From Rhodosorus marinus CCMP1338 (lineage: Eukaryota > Plantae > Rhodophyta), in the NCBI GenBank assembly GCA_029953675.1, contig JAMWBK010000004.1, forward strand, positions 2,294,001 to 2,358,000: a DNA stretch of 64,000 nucleotides. The letters run 5' to 3'. Both the position numbers and the translations under genes were made by a program. Position 1 is the first letter of the stretch; the number at the start of each line of letters is the position of its first letter. Positions 11,616 through 23,244 of the stretch are shown here, one piece after another. The notes beneath the pieces were generated by a model, which had not been told where the DNA came from, searched no databases, and was given only the letters and a program-made list of their open reading frames with translations.

Positions 11616-14600
11616 TTATGAAATTCCTACCTGAAGAATTTGATCTGCATGATCCACACTGAATACGTACGGGTCTTCGGCAACCGGTGCCTCCACCATC
11701 ATTATCTTAGGTGGGCTCAGCAACCCGCTTCGAAGAGGTATTATATGCCTCACAATATTCTTCTTTTCTGCCACAACCTTTCCTCTCTGCTTTCCCGCAA
11801 CCACCCACTCCTTTGGGTCGTGCTTAATTTCATACAGAAGAAGCTCTTGAGCAAGAGAGTTTTTCGATGATTCCAATATCGGCTCTACAGTAAACTCAAA
11901 CTTCACTCTTGAACCCACGACTGCATTTCCCTCAACACTGCGGCGGACCTAGCGCACGAATACCGAAGAAGCACACGAGATGCTGCTGTTAGCTAAGGTT
12001 GAGTGTAGGTTGATGCAGCAATACGTTCTTTTAGTACGCTGTCGGCTTTCGTTACCAAAAAGCTTTTCGCCTCCTTGACCAAAGCTTCCAAGTTGCACAC
12101 CCCCTCTGAGAATTGGGAAGCCCTATCTCCTCCTGCAGCTTGCACCTCAACGCTTATGGAGACGAGGCTCTCCTCATCGGGGCCTGAAGTATCCGCAGAG
12201 CGTTTGACTGGAAACACAGTGTGAAACGTGCTTGCTGGTTGAATCTTCTGCTGGAGGAGGTCGCCGTGGGGTGGACGCTCGGTTCTGTCGATTAACCATT
12301 TCTTGCCGGTAATCTTGAGCTCTGCGTTGAGGATCCCAAGCTCGGCTTGCTTCATTTCGTTCAGGATAGCTATCGATAAAAGAGAGGAATCCGGCGAAAC
12401 GCTTTCCAATCTCGCGATGAACTTAAGCGGTCTCACGAATTCCAAAACCTTCGACATCTGCCGGCTGATGACTCTAGGCATACCACCATGCGAGAAGGAC
12501 AACGTCGCCTTAACTTCCAATTCCGCTTGAAACACTTTGCGTTCCAATGAACTCTCCAACATGTACCTAGGCACGACTTGATCAACTCTGAAAGGTACTT
12601 GCACACTATACGCTGCACTTGGTTCCAACTGAAGGTCCACCCTCTCCGAAACAGAAACACACTCGCTTCCATCCTTGTCCATCAAGTGTATGCCGGCTTG
12701 TACGTCCCTTCGCAGGGATTCAGGTGTATTAAGTTTTACGTGCATTTCGACAGTACCATCGTACCCCGAATTCCCAGCCACAAAGCTGACCCTAGCAGAA
12801 TTCTCACTGCCGTTGATCAGGGGCAAGTCTTCAGCATCCTCGACAGAAACTTCCAAGGGTGTTGAACCAACGCTTTGAAACAATAGGTTCGATGGTGTTC
12901 TCCCACGCACCCCGCTTTCAAAGTTTTCCCAAAGCCTGAGCTTTTCTAGGCTCATGCTCACCGTGTACAGCTTGAACCACCCCGCAGAAGCAACTTGTTG
13001 TGTTGATGCCAGAACGGAAGTAGTGCCCGGCTTCAAGTGGAGCGGCCCAGGGTTGGTGAACATAAGCACCGCAGTGCTGATCCGCTCCTCCTCCGCTGCT
13101 CCTCGCATCTCCACAACCAAGGAAGTGAACGACATCTCAACCTGAACCCTGGAGCGGAATGTAATGACGACTGACGCCTGCTCGCCTGCAGTCCAGATTT
13201 CTGCTTGCGGCTGTATTTGTACAGAGAAAAGCTTTCTCAGGTCGAACTTCATCTCTTCCGGCAGCTCACTCTAAAGACCGGTAGATTTCTGTAAGTAAGT
13301 CATGACGTTCGGCAAATTTTTTTGTGCGAAGTCCTTACCGCTGCTTTAGTGGCCTCCTTAACCCATTTTTGCGAGTCTTCTGAAAAAGCATTCTCGCCCA
13401 TGTCAAGCACCAATTGATCAGACCCGGATATTGTAACTGCAGCCAGAGCGCTAAGAAGGTAGTCTTGCTTCAAATTCAACCTTCTCTCCAAGTCAGCTAC
13501 TCTTGAGCGGATCTCATTGTGAAGCAGATCCCAACCACCCTTCGCAGAGAACTGGTGACAGTGACTGGCCAGCAGCTCTACCGCCTGCTTCTCAAACCCT
13601 TTCTCAAGACAGAGTTGTCCGAGTTGAATTTGCATTCTGTCCGCAAAGCTGGACCGTCCAGCAGCCTAGCCGAGACAGTACGTAGGATTGGTGTCAGAGG
13701 ACCACGTGAAGAGGTTTCGTAGTTGCTGACACGCGCCGAAAGGCTTACCCTAAACACTTCGGCTGTCTGCATAGTCATTTCGGTATATAGTTCCCATGCG
13801 CTTTCTCTGCTTTCAAGCGCTCCTTGGAGCTCAGGGTGCTGGATGAGCCTAGCAGTACACGCACAAGTCTCGAGCTTTAGACTAAGAAACAGAATCCACG
13901 TGTAAGCGTGACAATCGTGGGAAAGGCTTACCTAGCAACTTCTGCCGACTTGGGAATGCTTTCGACTATGGACATACCATCAAAAAGATCTGGAATGCTC
14001 GCTTCAGCCATTGCACGAAACTGGTCAAGCGCATGTTGACAGCAGAACGCAATGAGCTTCGCAGTTTTTCGACGGGTTGCTTTCTCCGAACCATCCTCTT
14101 TTCCGGCAGGTCCGATCAAGCCCGATAGGACATCTATAAGAGTTCTGGATAGGGCGCGGCAAAGGGGAAGATGAATTCTTCTCAGTTCGGGCATATATGA
14201 TGTTGAGTCGCAGGGTTTGGGGTTTCTGCCGCTTCGCAGATTCCTTGGAGGTCCGTCTTCAATTGCTCAGTTACCTCGATGCTGAAAACCCCCACAAATA
14301 GGATGCAAACCTGAGATACTCAGACTTGGTCTTCTCAAATTCCTCCTTGAACCTCCCTTGAACGAACTCCAAGAATTTGATTCCTTTTTCTCCCACCTGC
14401 ACTTTCCTGTCCTGTTCCATCAGAATCTTCATCCTCGATGAAAACAAGTAGGTTCTAAGGTCCAACTCAGTGATCGTCCCAGAGGCGATCATCCTCCTAT
14501 AACTTTTCGCTTCTGGATCTATAACATTAGCCACAAACTCCCCTGCGTCAGCGGGAAAAAAGGTAGTTGCCCCTTCTTTCCTCTCTATCAGCGCCTGTTC

Positions 14601-15618
14601 AAGCTCCTCGAAAATCCTACGACAGGAAAACAAAACGGGAACTCAAAATCGATCCTCGAACTTCTTTTCCGTCAAAGTAACGCCTGTTTCAGCAGTTGAG
14701 CAAGGTGAAATGCAACAATAGCTAGCCCCTCGTCAAAAAAAAACCGGGACTTTTTTGACTTACACAAGAGCCAGATCGAGCCGATTCAGTTGAACGAAAA
14801 GCTCCGCCTGAGGCACGTAGGCGTGCACGTAGCTACAGAATGACCTGTTTCGTAAGAATCAAAGAGAATTTGGACGTTAATGTCAGCCGGAGTTCGTTCG
14901 CTCGTTTGCGTCACTGACGATCCCTTTTGAACCAAGAAGTCTTAACTTCTTCTGAATAGTTCGAAAGTTGGAAATCATACCACCCAGGAAGGAGCCTGTT
15001 CGCATGCGCCTGCGCCGCTTCCTTCTTCAGCGATTCGATCTTCAGCTGTATCGAAATGTTCAGCGATTCCCGCAGCCTTAAGCTTAACTCTTCCCACGAA
15101 ACGCTTTCTAAGGTCGCAGTAGCATTCACGTAGAGTACTAGCAGTCTATCCTTGCCGCCTCTAGTCAACCCCAAGGTGATTCTGAACTTTTCCAGGGTTG
15201 CTTTATTTGCTTTCGACTCCTCCGCTCCTTGCCTGGATACGTAAGCCACGAGCCATTCCGTACTTCTGTCCGTGCATGACTCCACAAACTCGCTGATTCG
15301 AGAGCCCTTGTCTTTGAAAGCATCATCACTCAATTTTGAGAAGAAAAACAGCTGCACGTATGGTCTCTTCAATCCAGTTGCCGATGGCTGCCTCCTCAAA
15401 TTCTCAGCGATCCCATCTACAATATCACCCCTCAAATCATTAAATAAGAACGTAACATTCTCAGCTTTAATCACAGCCCCTTCTGCGTTTCTCCACGCTA
15501 CAGAGGTCTCAAACGTAGCCGGGAGCTGTACACGGGACCCAGCATTTCCATCATCTGAAACTCGTATCGCCAGCCCTCTCCCAGCCTGCCGATCCTCGCG
15601 TTCCTGCGCGCTAGACAT
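11616..15618 (-). CDS. TRAPPC10: TRAPP II complex subunit TRAPPC10/TRS130, multi-exon
   Basis: Exon ORFs 14911-15618, 14271-14633, 13928-14194, 13300-13800, 11993-13252 and 11616-11918. Motifs RLLPGW, TTFFP, ITELDLRTYLFS and the C-terminal WVVAGKQRG...IIPLRSGLLSPPKI match the TRAPPC10 family as I know it. Confidence 0.8.
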
Positions 15619-15798
15619 CACTTCTCCATCCCAGCCTTGCACAAAAATACTCTGACATTTCCCTCTCCTCCCTAACAGCCTTCAAGTCAAAACCCAAAAC
15701 CAAGCTCCCCCCACCGCTCCAAAATAAAATAAACAGTACACCTCAAACGCGATCTGGCATATGCCCAATGCTCCACCTCAATCCGAGCAAACCTCCCT

Positions 15799-16253
15799 GG
15801 CCAAAGCTAACAGGCGGATGCTACCCACACAAACCCACGCCTTGTCCTGGCCAAAGCAAACCCGCCAATGTTACACACTCAAAGCTTTTCTAGGCCAAGT
15901 CTATTCCTGCCAATGCTACCCAGTGACACTCTGGTGGGGACGTTTTTGCTGGCCAAACCAAACATACCATTGCTCCTACCAAACAGAACACACGATCTTC
16001 TTCCCGGGGGCCAGACCTAACCCGCCAATGTTACTAAGTCTCGACGGCGTTCTAGTTGAGGCAGCCGAACTAGACTAGGTTGATTGGTTTCCCCTTTGAA
16101 ACCACAACTCTTTTACGGGCCAAGCCTAACCGGCGAATGGTATCCAGCGACACCCACTTGGGCCCCTCTTGCTAGACAAACCAAAACAGCCAATATTACT
16201 CCTATCTGACAGTTTATCTTCCCCGCTGGGCCAACCTAACCAGCCAATGTTAC
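15799..16253 (+). repeat. Degenerate repeat-spacer array: 8 copies of a ~26-bp core (consensus ~GGCCAAACCTAACCNGCCAATGYTAC) with unique spacers
   Basis: Cores start at 15799, 15849, 15893, 15951, 16009, 16118, 16174 and 16228. Periods are 50, 44, 58, 58, 109 (one missing or decayed unit), 56 and 54. Confidence 0.8.
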
Positions 16254-16377
16254 TTCTCACGATGTAGTATTGCTTAATATAGGGAAGTGTTACGGAGCTT
16301 ATCCTTTGAAACCGTTGCAGACGTACCTCATTATCAATCCTCGTTAAACGCTTCAGTTGAATCGTGGAGGTGGATTG

Positions 16378-16579
16378 AGCTGTCCAGGACTGTGGCGGGA
16401 GGGCTTTTGAGTATGCACATATCATTTCGCTGCACATGGTCTACCAAAGACAACGACGCCTGGATCAGATGGATTGCTAGCTGTCCAGGACTGCGGCGGG
16501 AGGGCTTTTGAGTATGCACATATCATTTCGCTGCACATGGTCTACCAAAGACAACGACGCCTGGATCAGATGGATTGCT
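16378..16579 (+). repeat. Tandem direct duplication, 2 x 101 bp, one mismatch
   Basis: agctgtccaggactg(t/c)ggcggg...cagatggattgct occurs at 16378 and at 16479. Confidence 0.95.
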
Positions 16580-17029
16580 GAGCGCTAGATACTGCTTTTC
16601 TGCCGAATTGTTTTAGCGCTTAACAGGATTGATACCGGGGACAACTTAGGCTTGATACTCGCCGCTGTTCGTCTGTAGAAAACAAAAGCTGTTTGCGATG
16701 GAACTCTATTCCCCGACCACGAGGAAGGAGTGAACACATATATGAGATGTTCGTTTAGCTACATGTACCCATATTGATGTCGCGCTGGTACGGTTACTGC
16801 TTTGATGCTTGTTCCCGAGGACGTTTTTCAAAGCGAAGAGGATTGTGACATGAGATGGCAAGAAACAGATCTTTTCATCCTGAAGGTAAGCCTTCCACAG
16901 AGTATTAGGCGCGGCCCGGCCTTCGCCTGTCTCGGAGAATTTTGAACCGACCTGGTGCACAGCCTTAAGAGTTCCAGTCCGGTGTGATTTTGTTTTAAGC
17001 TTCTCCCGCGTGGGGTGATGGACGCCATG

Positions 17030-17537
17030 AATCAGCATCAGCAGTCCAAAAATCGGACAGAATCCAGCACAAGCGTGGTCTGATGCTGAACATTTTCTCC
17101 GGGCACTCGTTTACAGGATAGAAATACTAGCTCTACTGCGGGCTTGGATAGCTGCCTCCGAAGTTCTACCAAGCCTCGACAAGACCGATGCAGAGCAAGA
17201 TATCAAGAACTCATTAAGACAACCATGCAATCCAAAACCTGGGCTGAAAAGGGACGACGTACTATCTAGAAGCCGTAAGTTCATCCGTGGTACCTTGATG
17301 TTACGCCTCAAAACTGTACGCGGTATTGAGGATACCTCCGCAGTGGGATTGCGGGTCCGAGCCACGTGCTCTTCAGCAGCACAAGCACAAAATCTCAGCG
17401 AGCTGCGGAACTTCGAAAAAGTACCTCGTGGAGAAACTCTTTTGCGTCAACAAGGTGCAGTCTCCTCATGGTATCAATGTTTGTCCAAGCACAGCGCCTT
17501 CACCTTGACGAACCTTCAAATATTGACCCAGCAATAG
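17030..17537 (+). CDS. Possible internal exon of an unidentified gene
   Basis: About 169 open codons (AWSDAEHFLRALVYRIEILALLRAWIAASEVLP...) with no early ATG. A strong donor (gtaagc) lies at ~16886 upstream, but no complete model was built. Confidence 0.3.
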
Positions 17538-17626
17538 CTTCCCACGCGCTCGCCTTAGCGTACTCAAAGGCTGGGAATCTACGAAGTATTCAGAAACTTG
17601 CAGCTACTCCTTCCCGGGTCCAGACT

Positions 17627-19327
17627 TCATGTAAGGTTTTGGATTAGCGTGATTGCTATCCTCACGGGAAGGAGCAGGTATAGCGGTAAAACCATGCCAG
17701 CGGCCTGCAGGTATTTCCAGATTAGAAGCTCGTTAAGTGAAAGCACGAAGGATGACGATGAAGAGAAAACATGAAGCTCACCGTAAGCAAGGAAGGTTTA
17801 TGATAAAAATCGATGTACGGAGCAACGTTCGACTTCACCAAGTAAAACACTGCCAGGGACAGCACCAACAGGGAGACGAAAGAAACGGTCCATACGAGGA
17901 CCAGCCCAGTTGCAAGGAAGCCCCTAAACTCAGTCAAGGCTAGGATTGGGAAGGCTGATCGGTGCAATTGAATCTCCAGCTCAGCTTTTGAGATACGAAT
18001 CTGGGAGGGCTGTACGTGAAGATGCGCGATCGTCTTCACTGGCGGAGTTGGCGCAGTAAACGGAATCTTTTCTGCAAACGTCATTCTCACGGTTTGGTAT
18101 TCGCTCTGGCGGGATTAGTTGAAGCGGCGCACATCAACCAGCAATCAGCAACAGACTATTCAACGCTGGAGACGTCTTGGCATGACTTGACACATTCTCA
18201 CCGTAAAACCGCACAACAAGGGAACGAGCAGTATCCATGCCCTCAGTGTCCGAATAGTGGAAGATTGAAACCGCAGCGAAGTGACTGCAGCATAGCTTCC
18301 CACTGTTTCACCACATAGGTTCTCTACACCCATGAAGACCTTTTGAGAGGAAAAACGGCTCTCATCAGGTTTAGAAAACTATTCCCTGGAGCTGTCGACT
18401 TAGCTGTTCAGTCCTCAAGATACCTTAAAAGAATTAGTTGCAAAATTTCCATCTGATTCCGGTAGAACCATATTCAGGGATGCGGATATGGACTTCATGT
18501 CCGGAGAGCAGGGACATAGTCGGCGGCAGGAGCAATCTGAGTGACATGGAGAGGCGAAAATGCGACTAGAACTGAGGTTGCCTACCTTCGAATGGTAGAA
18601 CCGATCAGACGGAAGGGTTGCCTGAGCGACGAGCCTAAGGGCGAGTACAAAAGGAGGCAGACCATGGCGCTGTTAAATTAAATAACGGAATGCTCTGAGA
18701 GCAGGCCCGTTAGTGAATTGCTTACGTGTAGTTCTCCCCCAAAGGCACGAAGTCAATAGGTACTCGAAAATTGGTTCTGGTAAACAACTTCAGGTAGCCG
18801 TACAGACTGTTCCCAAAGGAAGGCAGAAAATTCCTTAAATGAGTCTCAGGACTAGAATTGGAGATGATAATTACTCAAACACAATTGATTCATATTGACG
18901 GGTTCGCCTACGGAAAGAAGGTGCTGTGGAAAGAACAACTGCGTTAAGTACAAATCGCAATTTTGCGCCACACTGGCTGGTGGATAGCGAATCCCTGCGC
19001 GTACCATGAAACTGAGAACGGGATCAACGTAAGGCCGAGCAAGAACACGGCCAGGAGAGTAAGCCTTCGCTTAATGCGTCTTCTGCGAGCTTTTCGAAGC
19101 GACTCAACAGCTTCCTTCGAATCTATCGTGGTGCTCGATACGGATGTCAGGGACGAACTGTCCCTATCATCAATCCCCCGATCCAAAACCTTCCCTGAAC
19201 TCCACCAGAATCCACGTGCAGAGCTACGAGAACTGCGAGAACTCGATACCTCACTGCTCGTGTCTTCAACTGGCACCGGCGTCTCACTTGCCCCCGCCTT
19301 TCCTCGCCTCCTCCTGAGTCCCAACAT
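17627..19327 (-). CDS. Probable seipin (BSCL2/SEI1-like lipid-droplet biogenesis protein), multi-exon
   Basis: N-terminal TM (RRLTLLAVFLLGLTLIPFSVSWY...HQPVW), luminal pieces (SVRLPEVVYQNQF; CLLLYSPLGSSLRQPFRL..LLLPPTMSLLSGHEVHIRIP), then IRISKAELEIQLH directly before a second TM. This order parallels seipin. The last intron (17781-17705, gtgagc..ctaat..ctgcag) joins in phase 0. Confidence 0.55.
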
Positions 19328-20159
19328 TTCGCTTTCACCAATTTAATAAAATAAACAGAAACAGTAAGAAACAAAAAGCCCAACAACGTGATGCGAAACC
19401 AAAACTCGTCGAGCCCGTACAGACGCTGGTCACTACCAGAGACACTCCAACCCCTTTTTCTCCTTGGTCCTTACACTTTGGTATCAACGGCATCTAAAAA
19501 CGTCCAGCGCAAAAAACCTCGCCAACGGAAGGGGAAGCGAGGCACAATTGAATTCCCTAACAAAGAAACACAACTATGATATTAAAACGCTAAACTCAGT
19601 CAATATATTATTCTTAATGTATAAAAAAAGGAGTATACTTTAAACTATTTTTTAATTAAATATATTCATGGTTATAAAATGATAAACAAGCACAATATAT
19701 AAATCTTATTTTTAAAATACAAAGATGTATCAGTCATTATTTTCCCTCGTTAGCTCTTCGAATTGGATACAGAAATTTATTCTTGTCCTTTTTGTATTGT
19801 TGGACCAATGAATACTTGTGAAGATGTTTCAACCGTTTTTCCAGTCAACATAATCGTACTTTTCATGAAATAAATAAAATTTCAATATCTGTTTTTAAGT
19901 ATTTCTTGAAAATCTTGTTCGAGAAATCCAATGAAAGAGCGTCGCATGAAGGGGGGTTGGTGTAGATCTGGGAGAAAATTCTTTATTAAGATAATATTTC
20001 TTTTAATTAGGAATTATTTTCTTGATTTTGGTAGGGAGGGACGTCGTGAAGACATAAGGAGAATCGATTAGGTTGGCAGCGAGGAGAGAGGGGGGTCCGA
20101 TGGATGCGTGCTGGGACTGGATTTGGTTCGGGAGACCTGGGACAGGCTATTGCATCACG

Positions 20160-21982
20160 ATGGATGGTTTACAATGTTTTGTGAGCGACTTGAATGTCGT
20201 AGGAAGGGGTAGAAGGTGCAAGAGGATAGTGTGCACTGCTGCGGAGAAGCCGGACGACGTGATTGTAGTCGGATCGGGGATGGGTGGACTGGTGACTGCG
20301 ACTCAACTTGCAGCTAAAGGGTTAAAAGTGAGAGTTTTGGAGAAGTACTTGATCCCTGGTGGATCCTCGGGGTACTTTGAGCGGGATGGCTACACCTTTG
20401 ATGTGGGCGCTTCGATGATATTCGGTCTCGGAGATGAGGGGTACACGAACTTGCTCACGCGGGCTCTTGACGCTGTTGGGAAGAAAATTGAGACTAAGCC
20501 AGATCCAACTATAGTTACGTACTATCTTCCTGATGGACTGACCGTCCCCGTTGACCGAAACTACGACGTTTTTATGGGCGAGCTACGAGCAAAGTTCCCA
20601 TCCTCCGCTGACGGCCTCAAGCAGTTTTACGATACATGCGCCGATGTTTTCAAATGCCTCAATGAGATGGAGCTTTTATCGCTAGAGGAGCCACGATACC
20701 TTTTGAAGGTGTTCTTTCAGAAACCTGTCAACTGTCTCAAGTTGCTGTGGTACATGTTCCTGAACGCTGCCGACGAGGTTGGGAAGACTGTTGCCGACCC
20801 CATTGCGAAAAAGTTCGTGGATATCGAATGCTTCCTGATCTCAGTCGCCGGTGCAGACCGGACGCCATTGATCAACACTGGAATGGTGTTCGCAGATCGC
20901 CACTATGGAGGAGCAAACTACCCAATAGGTGGGGTGGGTAAGATTTCATTGGCCCTCGCGGAGGGCTTGGAAGAATACGGTGGTAAGATTGAGTATGGAG
21001 CCCGCGTAAGACGAATCATTGTTGAGGATGGCAAAGCAGTGGGTGTACTACTCGCGAATGGCAAGGAGCTGCTGGCCCGGACTGTTATCTCGAATGCCAC
21101 CAGATGGGACACATTCGAGAACCTCGTGCCTAAGGAATCCGTTCCCGAGGAAGAAAGCATGTTCCAGGATAGGTATAAGAAGACTGCGAGCTTCATATCC
21201 CTTCACGTTGGCGTGAAGAGAGACAAACTTCCTAAAGACCTCGAATGTCATATGATTATTCTCGACGACTATGATAACATGGAGAAGTGCAGGGACGCGG
21301 AGGGCACCTTGTTCGTGTCTGTCCCCACGGTGTTAGACTCTACAATTGCCCCGGATAATCGTCACATTTTCCACATATTCACAGCATCGGATATGGAAGA
21401 ATGGGAAGGCCTTTCCGTCGCAGAGTACAACGAGAAGAAGGAGGAGCTTGCCACAAAGATCCTGAAGAAAGTTGAAGCAGCAGCTGCTCCAGGGCTCACA
21501 GACTCGGTAAGCGTTTCTAGAGAATAAGCAGTCTATTGCATTATTGGCGGCTTCTAGTCCCGCCGAGGATTTGTTCTCCGGAGCAAGACGCCGTGTTTAC
21601 TCGCTAGGTTGGGGAACGTGTAGGCTAGTGAAGCTAATCGGTCCTTGTTCCTTTTGGTGAATAGGTTGAGCTCCTTGAAGTTGGTACTCCACGTACGCAT
21701 CGAAGGTTCCTCGGTAGAATTGATGGGACATATGGCCCGGTTCCAAGGAGGGTCCTTCGAGGACTCGCATCCATGCCGTTCAACAAAACTGCCCTTCCGG
21801 GTCTGTATTGTGTGGGAGACTCAAGTTTTCCGGGCCAAGGGCTGAACGCGGTGGCGTTTTCAGGTTTCTCTTGCGCTCACCGAGTCGCGGCAGACGTAGG
21901 AAAAGAGGACAAGCTTCCGCTGCTTGATGAGCCTTTACAATATTTGTTAGGAAGAAAGAGGCTAGAACTGTTCAACAACTGA
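20160..21982 (+). CDS. CRTISO: Prolycopene/carotenoid isomerase (CrtH/CRTISO), plastid, 2 exons
   Basis: FAD motif [46 protein letters not shown], and [14 protein letters not shown]. Intron 21507-21664. Confidence 0.95.
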
Positions 21983-22212
21983 AAGCGGGAAACAAACTAA
22001 ACTTATATCAACTTGAAACTCTCCAACACGCGCCGGTTCACATCCGACGAGGCGCGGCGCGACCCTAGATTACTAACAGAATCCACAGACATCCCGTAGC
22101 AGCTGGGACGACTTGCGACCGGGAGAGTTGTTCCACTTCAGCAAAACTAGTCCTGCCATTACTAGTTAGCACGCGTTCCTTGAAACTCCGGCGACGGATA
22201 GGTAATAAGGCA

Positions 22213-23244
22213 TTACAGTGTTGAAACTTCGCCAGTGTCGACTACTTCTTCATCCAAAGGGTCGACTTCTGCCAGATCTTCTACGCCTTCGAGGTCGTCT
22301 TCGTGCGCTTCCACTTCTGCTTCGATATCGCCCCTGATCTCTTGCGCTGGTGCATCCTCAAAGTCTGCGTCCCATTCGTCAAAGTCAAAGTCGTCGCTTG
22401 GGTTTGATTCCTCAAGAGGAGGGTCTCCAGGTCTTGCAAAAACGACACTCGCCGCGACAGAGGCGCCGAATGACTGGCCATACCCAACTCCTTGTCGTTC
22501 AACTGATTGGGGTAGCTTTGCAAGTCGCAGTCGCAGTTTCCCACCGGCGCTCTCTGACTCTACGACGATGACATCAAGTTTCGTGCTGTAACGGAGGTTG
22601 TCCAATGTCTCTCGCTTTCTATCACCCCACAGATCAGTGACATGCAGAAATCCATCCACTTCACATCCGATATCCACAAACACCCCGAAGTTTGAGATGC
22701 GAACAACGATACCGTCAAAGCGATCGCCCTCACGTACATCCTCGACCCGCAGTCTCTTCTCCATTACCGGGCGCCCGACCATAGACAAGCCAAGCGTCGA
22801 TTTCTCCGGATCTACATATTTGATAAAAACCTTAACTTTTTCACCCTCCTGTAGGACATCCCGCGGACGAGTGACGAAATCTAATGACATGTCGCGCACG
22901 TGGAGCAGCCCATCCCGCTCGGCACCAATCGAAACGTATGCCCCCCAATCAACAAAGTTCTTAACGACGCCAGTAACCTCCTTTCCTACTTCGAGCTCAG
23001 TCAGCTTCGTCCTTGGTTTCCCCCGGTAGTACTTGGTTTTACCACCTGATCTCGCCCGCCTCCTTTTCCCAGTCTGATTCTGCTGTCCGCTGATGGACTC
23101 CTGTCCACCACCCGGAACAGAATCACCGGACACAGCAGGGACGTCATCACTTATTCTCGTCAAGCATACTGCCCTAGTCCTTCCTCTCCCATTCCTCACG
23201 TTCACGTTCAAACAAAAACCCAGTGCGCCACTACCTAAATTCAT
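22213..23244 (-). CDS. Plastid-targeted protein with two S1 RNA-binding domains and an acidic tail
   Basis: 343-aa ORF with S1 repeats GVVKNFVDWGAYVSIGAERDGLLHV and GIVVRISNFGVFVDIGCEVDGFLHV, plus a transit-like N-terminus. Confidence 0.9.
   Translation of the reverse strand: MNLGSGALGFCLNVNVRNGRGRTRAVCLTRISDDVPAVSGDSVPGGGQESISGQQNQTGKRRRARSGGKTKYYRGKPRTKLTELEVGKEVTGVVKNFVDWGAYVSIGAERDGLLHVRDMSLDFVTRPRDVLQEGEKVKVFIKYVDPEKSTLGLSMVGRPVMEKRLRVEDVREGDRFDGIVVRISNFGVFVDIGCEVDGFLHVTDLWGDRKRETLDNLRYSTKLDVIVVESESAGGKLRLRLAKLPQSVERQGVGYGQSFGASVAASVVFARPGDPPLEESNPSDDFDFDEWDADFEDAPAQEIRGDIEAEVEAHEDDLEGVEDLAEVDPLDEEVVDTGEVSTL

Noticed and set aside
15761-16078. 105-aa ORF across the array
   Set aside because: Repeat periods are mostly not multiples of 3 and the cores fall in different frames, so it is probably incidental.
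15799-16253. Calling the array a true CRISPR locus
   Set aside because: Repeats are too degenerate and not palindromic, there is no cas gene or leader, and the context is an intron-rich eukaryotic chromosome. Kept as an unexplained repeat-spacer array.
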